Assembly (NCBI RefSeq): GCF_000143415.4
Contig: NW_003314414.1
Span: forward strand, 91,626 to 155,625
Source: Selaginella moellendorffii
Taxonomy: Eukaryota > Plantae > Lycopodiophyta
Direction of reading: 5' to 3'
Length of the DNA stretch: 64,000 bases
Shown here: positions 27,543 to 39,775 of the stretch, one piece after another
Layout: each line of letters begins with the position of its first letter
How positions within the stretch are numbered: the stretch's first letter is position 1
Program-made: the position numbers and the translations under genes
Notes under the pieces: generated by a model
Told to the model about the DNA's origin: nothing
Seen by the model: the letters and a program-made list of their open reading frames with translations, nothing else
Database searches by the model: none

Positions 27543-28253
27543 GAGAACGCTCTTCACCCTAAAATATGGAGTTCGTTGTGTTATAAAAGGAAACCAACAC
27601 ACTCGCTGCAAGGGAATGATGGTACATAAAGCACGTAAGCCCACAATATGGGTTTATATGCCATTAATATGGGCCACACGCCATATTATTAGATTTATGC
27701 ACGTGTGATTGGTAAATGCATATGTCACATCATCTTTGTTTTACCTCACACACTATATCAGGCCTAATGAACCATATCACATGTGCGCACATGCTATATA
27801 TATGGAGAAGTATTATGCAAGGATAGAAATTCAATGCATGATTGTGGAGAGCAATGGCATGAAGCCACATGCTAAATAACATTTTAGAGAAAGAATTAAA
27901 ATAAAAACATGCAAACAGTACTAAGTGGACCAAGACTTAGAAGTGCACAATTGAATGAGGTATTTCTAATAAATATTTCACTCACCTCATATAGGAATGG
28001 TTACCACTCTCAAATGGTGTATCGCCTCATGCCATCACCTCGCAATTTGTTATAACAATCCGATGAATTCATATTCGGCTTGTTCACCTTGAACTTTAAG
28101 TAAGATTTGCTAGAACAACTAAGAATTTATACTTGTTATTTGTATCATCTCACCTAGGAATGGCGTAAGGCCACATGCCATCACGCCTCCTCTGATTCAG
28201 ATTCGGATTGTTCACCTTGAAATAAAATACATTAGAAACTTAGTAAAGGAATA

Positions 28254-31200
28254 TTAATGAATCTCACCTTGAACCCGGGTTATGAATGCTCTTGCTGCAT
28301 CTCTTGCATGGTCTGGCAAGGTGATGGTGGCACTCTGCTTCCGCATCCAACCATGCACAACATTATCCACCGATATGCTCATGCTGGGATCCCTTGGATT
28401 CAGCACCCATCTCTTTTCTAGGCAATCCTTTGTATATCCGGAACTTGGCTTGAACCACTCCACAGTTACATTGAAGGAGTTAGTTTCCGTGTCCTCCTCT
28501 GCATCAGTGATGCAGCGCCCCACCCATATCATTTGTTTTTTATTACTGGGTCTGACAAGCACGACCATTCCTTTGCAGACCTGTACTGAATTGAATGCTG
28601 AATCCGGCTTCTTGTTCCTCAGCCCACAATAGTGATCCTCAACATCGTTATCTGTCACTGCATTTCCAGAGGACATTGTTCCGCTACTATCTGGTGCTCT
28701 GGGTTCTAGCCAAAAGGACTCTTCCAATTCTTCATATACAACCGGCCCATTTTGGATAGCAGATATAATCTTCTCCCAGTATTCGAGCAAAAGCTTGCAC
28801 CTCTGAAAATAGGATTCTCCACCAAACACCAACCCCCTCTTCCAGAAGGCAATATGCTGTCTAATCCCGGCCACTATACTTTCCTGGTCTTTGAGTCCAT
28901 CCGGGTGCATCGGCCGTGGGGAACCCTGAGGAATCATAGGTTCCCCAGTTATGGGATCTCTCTTGAAGAGTTCAATGCCGTCCACTGGCAGCCACACTGT
29001 GTCCCATTCTCTCATCTTGTACCTCATCACTGGAGCACCGTCACACATGCTGAAATGAAACTGAAGAGGCTTGGAGTGGCCAATCAGCGTTTCGGATCCG
29101 TCCCTGATGTAGCCTCTTACAAACCCCTTAAAGTCTGGAACCTCTGTCACAAGTGCAGCTTCAACAGTGCCTTTGATGCAATTTTGGAATTCATCGTAGA
29201 GTTGTGGGAGGGTGAGGACATTGGATCGCCGGAGGGACTCTGCCAGGTGACTGAACATGGCATCGACGTCTTCATGAGTGTGCCCAACCATGAGAAAGCC
29301 AAGTGTAACCGTTTCAAATATGCTTTAGGCAACAAGCATCGCCAAGTACGCAAAGACGTACATGTTTTTGTTCTCACTGCCAGCATTGTCTGTTTGGAGC
29401 AGAAGATGGGGTGGAAGGCCACATCGGCCGCAAGAACTTCCTTGAGATTCTGCTTCGTTTGGATGAGGCTGTGCATTCACCGAGCGACCAGCCTCGTCGG
29501 AATGGCATGAGGCCTCACGTGATAACCCTACAATCTGACGGCCAACATATTCACTGGGATGGCATGGGGCCCCACGCGATACTGCAAGCCTTTGCTCCTC
29601 CTCCAGCTGAACCCTGTATGGGGTTCGATCGACAAGGGCCTTATGCAAGGGTTGGCCGTTCAGCTCAGTCTGCGCACTTTGCAGAGACCTTAAGTGTTTT
29701 GCTAGGGACGCAATCATCATGTTTGCACCCCTGCCACCCCATAGAGTTACAAAGAAGTTCCCATAGTTCTGGGCACCATGCCCATGAGCGATTATGCCAA
29801 ACAGAGACACAGCCAGCTACATGGATGAAGAGATTGCCTTGGGGGCAGGATTGAGTCGAGGTAAGCACGTCTTTTTCTGGTCCATTTTGTCGTGGATGAT
29901 GCAGAGGTAAGAGTCAGGTCTCTCCATGGAGAGAATCCTGTTATGATAATATGCAGTCCTGCAGCTTCTCTGCTCAATGTTGTGGTCGAGCCGCCTTCTA
30001 ACCAACGTCTCTCGCTCTTGAGCGCTGCAAGAATTCTTCGACAAAGCCATTTTGATAGCAGTGCACTCGTCACACTTTGAAAAGCTGGAGTACTTTCCTA
30101 TACTCACATCCCTGAACCTGTTGCTCCACAATCTACTAAATCTAGATTGGCTCAGCTTCCTGTAGCCATTACTCTGGAGTTCCCGATTCACATCTTCCAA
30201 TATGGCCCCCTTGGTATACATGGAAGGGAGAACTCGTTGGGTGTCTCGTGTTCCATCTTCCAAGAGGCGGGTTTTATGTGGTTGCTGCTCGCTACATGTC
30301 TCAACAAACCTCTTGAAGATTGCCTCTCCATATACAACATGACCCCTGGTTTTGTGCGTACTGTCGTTCCCATGGACTGCCTGTTGAACCCTTTGTTCCT
30401 CGAACTCAGTTTTGATTCTGTAGAATGTGTTTCGAGGGACTCCATAAATGATTCTCCATGCCTTCATGCAGACCAAACCCCTCTGGAAGACCATGCCCCC
30501 CACCTGATGTTCTGAAGCATCAACAGATGACCGTAATGCCTCATACACAAAATTGCGAGCTGCCTTCCAGGACAATGTCTTGTATCTTGCTCTCTCCTCT
30601 TCAATAGCATCCCAATCAGCATGTTGACAGCACCTCCTCTTGCAACAAGCAACTGTCGAGACCATTCGAACCTCCATCGCCATTTTCTGCCTTTTCGGTT
30701 CGTTGCTCAGATCCCTTTGGCTGCGCTTTAGGAAGGTGTACTTTCTTTTCCCATGAAGAGATGTTCTGTCATCAGTTGTAGTGGTGTTTGATTGTGAATC
30801 CTTCACATTCTCAAACACTAAGTGCCTCAATTTCCACCGCACAATGCTTCCAATAGTCAGACTGTTTTCTTCTGTGTCAACAACCTCTAAAATCGCAACT
30901 CCAATATCATCCCAGCCCAATTCTTGATTAGCAACCGCATCTCTTGGATCGACAACTGTGGCTAAGCCCTCAGCTACCACCTCCCCCTCGGGGTTGTTTA
31001 GAAACACTTTTGCCTGAATCTATGTAGCACGGTTCTTAAGATCCACGGAGGGAACATGCATCGCACTTGCGCTGTCCCCAACATCTGCTTTCTTCTGAAG
31101 ATTTTTCAAGGCAACAACAACATTTACCCCGACGACCATCTCTCCTCGTTCAATAGCGACCACATTCCCATCGAAGACAGTCTCTACTGATACAGCAGCA

Positions 31201-31323
31201 TTGCCTTCCCCAAGCCTTTCACAGTGTATAACAAAGTTCCGATCCATAGACACAAGGGTCCCTTTTGCAACTCTCTTCCCACCATTCAAAATGTAAACCT
31301 TTTCCCCAACCCTGAAGGCTATT
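28254..31323 (-). pseudogene. DDD/E transposase (Sola-like, DUF7869-type) with three in-frame stops
   Basis: ORFs 31020-31289, 29817-31007, 29325-29810 and 28254-29291 share one frame, separated by TAG, TAG and TAA. Motifs FSKCDEC...H, IIHDKMDQ, LQTDNAGSENKN, GHTHEDVDAMFS. Copy A has AAA where B has TAA. Confidence 0.85.
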
Positions 31324-31617
31324 CTGAAAGTGCAGAAAAGAAGTTAAGACCATACAAAAAATGATTGGAGAATGGCCTAAATCATAACATACCAGACAAC
31401 CCTCATAGCATGAGGCCTCATGCCATCTTGATATACACACAGCTGCAGGCAAGTAAAAACATACATGACAATACGCTAGCCATGAAATTGCAAGGGCCCA
31501 AGATGGCATGTGGCCTCATGCCATTTCTAAATGTGGTTCTAAGCCATTCCATGGTGAACATACCAGGAAGCACAAGTGCCGAATATCAAGAGGAAGCGGT
31601 AGCCACACCAAAGACAG

Positions 31618-31750
31618 TGCCGCTCGCAACACTGCAACTACTCGTAGCGCCGCTCGCAACACCGCAACTGCTCGTAGTGCCGCTCGCACAAACTGCCACT
31701 CGCATAAACTGCCGCTCGCAATGGCGCTCGCAATGCCGCAACCGCTCGTA
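31618..31750 (+). repeat. CpG-rich ~30-bp tandem repeat (GCCGCTCGCAACAC...) upstream of the transposase
   Basis: Repeated gccgctcgca units; mirrored at ~25080-25210. Confidence 0.7.
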
Positions 31751-32546
31751 GACGCATAAACCACAGCCCACAACGCCGCTTACACAAGCAGCGCTCACTG
31801 CGCTCAGCGGAACCAAGAACACGGCGCACAAAAATGATAGACCTAGGAATGAGTTCGAGAATTCAAAAATAACACACGCTTGAACGTCACATCAAATCCT
31901 CTGACAAACCAGATCTTATGATTCCTCTGACAAATTTCAAACTGAGTAGCTTCTAGACTTTGCTGTCGGAGGTTGAACTTTGTCACATCATGTCCTTGCC
32001 TCGATCCAGCTGTGCCATGTCAGTGATTCGAACTTTGCCATGCCATGTCAGCGATCCGCGCCAAGATTATTCGCCGTGTAAAGGAATAATTACGCTGTGT
32101 GTGTATGTCCATTTATGGCAATATAAGGCCACACGCCATTCAAAGAATAATGCTAGTCGAGCATTTTTTGGTGCATTTTTGGGTTCAAAATTGCATGAGC
32201 CCACACGCTATAAAGTTTACCTGTACCAAAAATAGAAACAGCTTTATTTACTTGGGAATTTAAGTGGTTGAGGCATTTTTAAACTTACAAACACATGCCC
32301 TACTTACATTCCTTTGGTTGCCTAAAATTCAAAAATATTATAAACCTTTCCTTTTGCATTTTCAATGTTTTCAATTATGGTTTTTGATTTTCGTAGGACC
32401 AGCCTAGTAATCTATTTGCATCCCGTCATGTTTATAGCTAGCTTTCATTTGTCCCCTTCGCTAGCCTGAGATACATCTGCTCGGCATTTGCCTCTTACAG
32501 CATTTGCCCAGAAAGGGCATCTTTCTTCACGCAGCATTTGCCACAT

Positions 32547-32573
32547 GTTTAGGGTTTAGGGTTTAGGGTTTAG
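32547..32573 (+). repeat. Interstitial telomeric repeat (TTTAGGG)3+ in copy B
   Basis: gtttagggtttagggtttagggtttag read directly. Confidence 0.9.
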
Positions 32574-33789
32574 CAATTCAGTAGCTTGATAAACATGCAA
32601 ATACAGAACTTGATGCAAAATCCTTTGATATGTCACAATGCCCCTAGGACCATAAACACATTTCAATAGAGAGGGTCCTTTCATTTCATAACTCCTTACG
32701 TAGATCTTGGTGAAACCAGAGTTAGTGAAGTTAGTTTCTTGTGATCCCGCATCTGATTGTGATGTCCCTTTGCAGTTTCGATGGAAAGGTCAATGCACAC
32801 CAAACTGTAAAATCTTGGAGCAAAATAACGGTCGGATCTATGGCAAATGCCCCTGAAACATTGTAAGGCTCGTGTGGTCTCATGTGGTGTCCGATCGAGA
32901 TGCTTCTTTGCAGGGTCATCAAGAAAGACATTGTATACCATTCTGTAAAATCTAGTTGTGATCTAATGGTTGGATCTCCAGAAAACTCAAAAAAATCTCG
33001 TGCGTGTCAGAATATTCTAGGAATATACTCCTATGTGCCCCTGAAAATGGCATGCGGCCCCACGCCATTCAAGAGATAATGCCAGATGACGCCGAGAATT
33101 TTTTGGTGCATTTTTTGGGTTCAAAATTGCATGAGCCCACACGCTATAAAGTTTATCTTTGCCAAATAGAGAAAAGTTTATCTGTGTCATGTGAGGTAGT
33201 TACAGTCCTTTGTGCTCGGCATCTGCCTCTTGCAGCATTTGCACTGAAAGGGAATTTTTCTCCATTCAGCATTTGGCCCTGAAAATGGCATGCGCCCACA
33301 CGCCATTCAAGGAATAACGCCACAGGACGCCTGGATTTTTGGGTTTAAAATGTTTAGGGTTTTTTGGGTTTTTTCAAAATATTTTGGGTCCAACGTTTTT
33401 TGGGTTTCTTTGGTTCAAAATTGCATGAGCCCACACGCTATAATATTGATTTGAGAGAAAAATAGAAACAGATAGAATTTCTTTATTTAGCTGAACATCT
33501 GCCATTTTTGGAAATACAAGATGCTTTGGAATATCCAATCATGCATGGTATAAATATAGCGAGGGTATTAAATGATATCCCAATCATGATCTTTCTTTTG
33601 GATTTCGCGTGCATGCAGTCCGAGGAATGATGACGTTGCGGATTTCTTTTGGATTTTGCGTGCTTGCATGCGCGCGGCAATCCAGAAATTAATGGTGGCG
33701 CCCAAGTCCGAGGAATGATGACGTGGCGGGATTACCAACCGTTGTGACATTTTGCGCGTGTGAGGTTAGGTTTTGCATTTTGCTTTATA

Positions 33790-33960
33790 CTCGCGCTCGC
33801 ACACTCGCGCTCGCGCTCGCATCACACTCGCGCTCCCGCTCGCATCGCGCTCCCACTCGCGATCACGCTCACTTCTCTACAGGTTTCTCGTGTGCATCGG
33901 CGTCCACTCGCGCTTGCATCACACTCGCGCTCACATCGCGCTCGTGTGCATCGGCGTCCA
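33790..33960 (+). repeat. CpG-rich low-complexity repeat (CTCGCG/CACACTCGCG) in the accessory-gene leader
   Basis: cgcgctcgcacactcgcgctcgcgctcgcatcacactcgcg...; mirrored at ~22830-22997. Confidence 0.7.
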
Positions 33961-34170
33961 CTTCAAGACACACCCAGTTTGTAACTTCGCCGCCAACTCT
34001 GCCACCCACTCCACCACCCACACGCAGCCCACTTGGCGTCTCGGGAGATTTCAGCACCACTCTCCAACTGTAAGTGGCAGAGTAGCCTTGCTGCTACGAT
34101 CCGCTGCACACACAGTGCACATTCGCCAGCGAGTCCGGCCTCGATTGTCACGGCCTCCATTCGGCTTCAA

Positions 34171-37100
34171 ATGGTAAGTCTTTTAGACGAAGTAGAAAAT
34201 GGCATGAGGCCACATGCCATTCAGTAGCAACATTGGCATGCACCGATTGGGCTCTCGAGTGCAGTCCGGTTACAGATGGCGTGTAGCCTCACGCCATCTT
34301 AGGATGCAGCCTCAAGACATCTGATGCAGTGGTGAATGGCGTGTGGCCTCACGTTATTTCCAGCTGCTAGCTTTTCATCTGTCAGCTCTAATTGTTGTGC
34401 ATTTCTGAACAGGCGAGGAATTGCGTTCTTCTTCCAGCCACTGTCAATGTGGATGCAGAGAAGGGGGAGGAGCTCACCAGTTGGACTTTCGGGATGGAAG
34501 GCGAGGATCTGATGCTGTACAACACAGATGGTGGGAGAAAAGAATGCATGGGGATCCTCATCCAAGTGACAGACACTCCATGCAGTTCCATGCAAGAATA
34601 TGGACTGGCACTTGTGGTAGAGACAGCGTCCGCCTTCAAGATCCACCTTGCACATCCTAGCGGCTTCCCGGAGGGGGGCAGCGGCTATGAGGAATTCCTA
34701 GAGGGAGCTAGGGAGAGGTTGTCCAGGAGGCCCACAATTTCAAAGACGCTGCGGGTCTATGAAGATCACATGGAATCCACGGACCTCACCTACGGCGATG
34801 TTCAAAAACTATATTCCAACATTGAGCCGTTGAGAGTGCCTCCAGTTCGCGAAGCGAAGGGGAAGGGGGTCGATCTGGAAACTACCCCGAAGCTGAAAAG
34901 GGTGGTCAAGCTCAAGCCGACGTCCGACTCTGCTGCTCCAAAAAAGAAGCTACTCGGTGATGCCATTGCCTCGGGTTCGAACACTACACCCACCAAAAAG
35001 AAGAGCCGCAAAGAGCAGAAAGAGCAAGAAGAGGCAGCAAAAATCGTCGCAGATAATAGTACTTGTTACTATTCCAACAAAGTATATACAATCGACGTGA
35101 GCCGTATCGAGATCCAAAGCAAATACAACCACAGGCTAGTATCTGATGAGTGGGTGGAGAAACTGAAGCAGAAGATGCTGGCAAGTCCAGTAACACCCGA
35201 CATCACAAACGTGATCCCCTACTACCGAACAATGAAGGGCGAGACGAGGTTTCCAGACTTGATCAATAGGAAGGTGTTGGACGATCAGAACATCCGGTTC
35301 TATGCCGTCTCCGGGCAGCATTCTAGCTTGGCGATGCAACAGATAGTTGTGGATATTATGGTGGGCGAGGAGGTGAAGAAAGTCTTCAAGACAAGAGTTG
35401 TCCGCCTGATAAAAGGCAACTCGCCCCTCCGATCTATCATATACATCTCCCACACGCAGAATGTCAAGCAAGAAACGTGCTACAAATCGGGTCTGCACGA
35501 GACATTGGCACGAACACGGAAGCTCTGGGTTCAACTGAAGAAGCCACAAAAACCAGGACAAGCACGTGCACTAGCAACTAGCGCCTGGCAGGTAAGCCTC
35601 GTTGCATGTGGCATAGCATGTGGCCTCACGCCATTTCCATTGCAGGAATTCTCGAGTCTTCTCTCGAAAACACTGGGGGTCAATAACACACTCAGCATCC
35701 ATAACATTCTACTCGCGACAAAAGTTGTTTTTGACAAATGGGTAGATGTGCTAAGGAGGTACCATGACGGGGAGTTGCTAAACTCAATGGGTGTGGAGGA
35801 CGGCCGGAAGCCCAATGATTTGAAGCTCAACGCCTTGCGTTTCTCGCGGTCTCTAGACGACGACGACCTTCTGACAGTGGCTAATGCTCTTCTACGTGGT
35901 GAGGTAGTCTTCAACAAGACCAAAATGACTCCCGGCCATATTGTGACATACGAGGACTTGTGCACGACTCTGAGAGCTCGTGCGCTATTGAAGGATTGGA
36001 TCTTCGAGCAAGTGGCCGTGGCGAGGGTGAGCATCGACACCACGCAAGAGATGATGGAAGAGCTGGACTTGTCAAATGAAGACATCGACGAGTACGTGAA
36101 GGGGGCCCCCAAGTTCATCGATCTGCTGCGGGATGCCACGAAAAGTAAAGCTGAGAAGTTGGATCAGTATCCAAATTTCATTAAGAGGGATGTCGACCGC
36201 CGGCTTCAGAAACAGCTCGACCCCGCAGCAGAGGCCTATCGAGAACCTTACCGGGTATACGTGAATTCGGATGAGGATCAAAGGTGGAGGAGCATCGTTT
36301 CCCGCGGAGATGAGCAGGTCAAGAACATCTTTTGTGTGATGGACTTCACAAACGAGGAGATCACTCATGCAGACGAAGTCAGCTCCATCATTGACTTAAT
36401 GGTGGGACTTGCGGAGGTGGAATCTTCAGTCCACTATATGATCTACGACTCCGAATCCTATCACAAGTTCTGGAAGGCCTTGAACGAGGTGAAGGCTCGG
36501 TTGAAAGGCAAGGAGATGTGGGAGATCCATGGGATAATGGCTAAGAAGAAGATACCGACGAATGTCCGCATCTTCACACTCGCCCTTGTTATTGGTCCTG
36601 CAGCAGAGTGGGACTGGAGTGACTTCCCAGCTTCGTTCAACAAAGCCGATCGAATTGATCTGAGGGAGGTCAATTTACCCGTGCCTGAGGAACTGAAGAC
36701 GGCTATGGAGCTTTCGAATCCAAAGAAAGCTCCAGGTGCAGCATGGGAAATGCTCAGCTGGGTCTTCAACGCAATAGCGGGTGACTCCAAGGGCAAATGC
36801 GTTGTCGAGTACAACTGCGGCGGACTATTCTTTCGAGCCACACTACTCAAGGGTGTCCCGTGTGTTGCGGTGACAAACTCCATTGAAGAGGTGACTTCAA
36901 TGGTGCATATAATTACAGTTGCCAAAGAAAAACAGTATCTTCTCTACGAACCTGGTGAGTACGCACTTTAAGTTTAAATGTTATCTCACAAGCTCTGTAT
37001 GCAGGAGCGTGGCCACCCCCAGATGCTGAAACGGCGTTAACAGCTACTGATGTTAGGCCGAGGTCACAACCTGCACAAGGTAAGGTCACGTGAGGCCTCA

Positions 37101-39775
37101 CGCCATTTTGATTATAGATCGTTGTGAATATTCAGACACGAGGACTGAAAAGCGCACTGGTGGCGCGTCGAAGAAGGACAAACAGACAAGCAATAGGAAA
37201 AAAGGAGGTACAAATTATATTTGCAATGGCGTGTGGTCTCATGCCATTCCTTGCAGGAGACACTTCTTCAAAGGCAAAACAGGCAAGCACCAGCCAAGCT
37301 CAAACTGACAGTGGTCATAAAAAGCGAAAGCACGTTGGACAGTCGTCGGGATCAGAGGCGTTTGATTCGAAAAGGAAGAAGGGCAACGAAAAGGTGATAG
37401 GTAATGCCTCGCGGTTATGGCGTGTGTGCTCATGCCATTCATTGCAGATCAAGGGCTGAGTGAAAGGAGCCAGTCACCACCTTCTGACTCAGATTCCTAT
37501 GGCGGACTCCCCTTCCCCAATCTCAATGGAGAGGTACAATGGATGAGGGATGCTTTTCAAGTTAGGGCCACGTTTTTCTCATCTCGTCGTCTTCGAAGGG
37601 TGCAAGAACGTGCAGAAACCATGTTAAGACAGTCGGGTGAGGATACGGTCCTAGGTCACGCACTAAAACAGGCTATGGATGTCTTGTATTTTGAGATGGA
37701 GACTCGGCCAGATGATTTTCCAAGATGGTCCTGGAAAAACAAGCAATCCAGCCTAAGCAGCCTATGGAAGAAATGCAAGAGGGGGATGAGGAGCCAGAGA
37801 AAGATAATGAGCAGGAAGAGCAGAAGGACGAAGAGGAGGACAAAGAAGAGGAGGACGAAGAAGAGGAGGACGAAGAAGAGGAGGACGAAGAGGACTTGGA
37901 TGGTCCTCACAATGGTGACGATCACAATAACGACGATGACGATGATGACGACGATGGCCAGCCTGAGGTGGCCAAAGAGCAGCGGAGGAAGGTCATACAA
38001 GACAAACCATCAGGTAAATAATAGTACATCCATTCCTAACCTTTTACCATTTCTAACATTGTCCATGTAGGTCGCAGAAGAAATGGTAAGTAGAGATTAT
38101 TCAGTTGAATTAAGATACAAACTCTAGCCTTTAGTGTCGAGGAAGGATAGTGCCAAGCAAGGGTCGAAACATATGTCCAATCCTTCAGAATCAGCAGTGC
38201 GCCCAAGTGATATCGGTCCTAGTTCCTCAATAGCAGTTGATGGTAAATACAGTATAGTCGATTCAATGTGCTAATGAGTTTGTTTTTAGTAGCACGGGAG
38301 GATACCATCTCAATCGAAGGGAGATATTTGGACATGCATATGGATCCGCCAGTGGACTCTACTTGCCTGCAAGAGTCATCAGAGCTGGTGGAGGCTACTA
38401 TCCATATCAACGCCAAGCAAGCTGACCACGCTCCACTTGATGCTGCCCATACCACTGAGTCAATCTTGTCCACGTATCCAACTGACGGTGACCAGGCGCC
38501 ATTGGACCCGCATGAGGCCGCCCCAGCCGCCGAGCCGATCGTATCCTCATTTCCAACGTGTGCCCAATCGTCTGACTACGCGCCGTTGGAACCTCCCTAC
38601 ACCGCCCCTGCTGCCTGTTCGGTCATGTCCACTTTGCCAACGGAGGCACCAGCTGAAATGGCGTGTGATCACACGCCATCGGAACCACCCCATGCCACTG
38701 TTGAGCCAGTTGTACCAGAGTCTACAGCTGAAATGGCATGTGCCCACACGCCATCGGATGCGATTGACCCCACATTGCAGAGGAGAGTATTTCCGCCCTT
38801 CACGTTTCCTCGACCAAAACCCTCTGAACGACCATCGGGAGCACCATTCGCTAATATTGTAGATGGTAAAATTGACTTGTACCATTTTTTATGCTGACGC
38901 ATTTCATTTCAGAATCACGGCGAAAGTACTGTATCGTTTTTGATCTGAACGGTGTCCTTTTCTCCCATGAGCGTGGCTCGTCCTCGAATGTCACTGCACC
39001 CTCCAAAGCCTGCGGTCGCAAGTTGGTCAAAAGAGACAGATTCACATTAATCACACGGGAGAAACTGCGGGATCTAATAATGACCATGCGACACTTAAAA
39101 CAGAGGGCCGGGTTCAATTTGCAATTGGGAGTTTGGACATCCATGATGCGCCACAATGCATTAACGTTGCTACAGATGATGCACGATCAGACGCGAGTAA
39201 TATTACCATTTGACTTTCTCCTAACGCAGGAGGATTGCTTGACTATGGTCCATGTGAGGGGTAGCAAGCCCATCTTCGTCAAGGCAGAGGCTGTAGTGAT
39301 GAACCGGACTGCTAGGTCAAGTGAAATCCTCATCATCGATGACTCGCCGATTAAAACTGCAGCGAACACGCACACATATGCAGTGCACCCCATCTCTTGC
39401 AGTATGGAAACTAGGGAGAAGAAACCGTATGTTCTGGGGGACCTTGCAAAACGGCTTGAAGCGATGGTGATAGAGAACCGGCCAGTCCAGGAGGTGGCTG
39501 CAGAAATCAACCAAATGGCAGATGGAATGGTATATCAGAAGCCATTTGATTGGACAGACACCAGTCATCATTTATGGCATGTATATTGTCTAGCCAAGCA
39601 CTATCCGCATCTCCATAATCTGCTCAACCGGATGGGTTCTTCGACCACTGAACATGAGCGTGGACGTATTAAAGAAGAGATGGCATTACTATTGGGTTTA
39701 AATCCTGATAGTGTGGAGAGTGATGAAATTCCAAGATTATTGTATAGGCGTTGGAGGCAAAAAATAACAGTCTGA
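34171..39775 (+). CDS. Multi-exon transposon accessory protein: ParB/Srx-like domain, possible decayed MTase-like segment, acidic linker, FCP1/NIF-type HAD domain (1-bp frameshift near 37719 in this copy)
   Basis: ParB-like segment IDVSRIEI..YNHRLVSDEWVEKLKQKM...FYAVSGQHSSLA. HAD motifs VFDLNGVL, VWTS, IIDDSPIK. GT-AG introns join the ORF pieces in frame. Confidence 0.72.
38913..39775 (+). CDS. Last exon: FCP1/NIF-family HAD phosphatase-like domain
   Basis: CIVFDLNGVL (motif I variant), GVWTSMM (motif II), ILIIDDSPIK (motif IV). Open in all three copies (17026-17910, 62038-62922). Confidence 0.78.

Noticed and set aside
37825-37955. GAAGAGGAGGAC and GAT/GAC repeats as a separate satellite
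   Set aside because: They encode the acidic linker of the accessory protein; unit number simply varies between copies.
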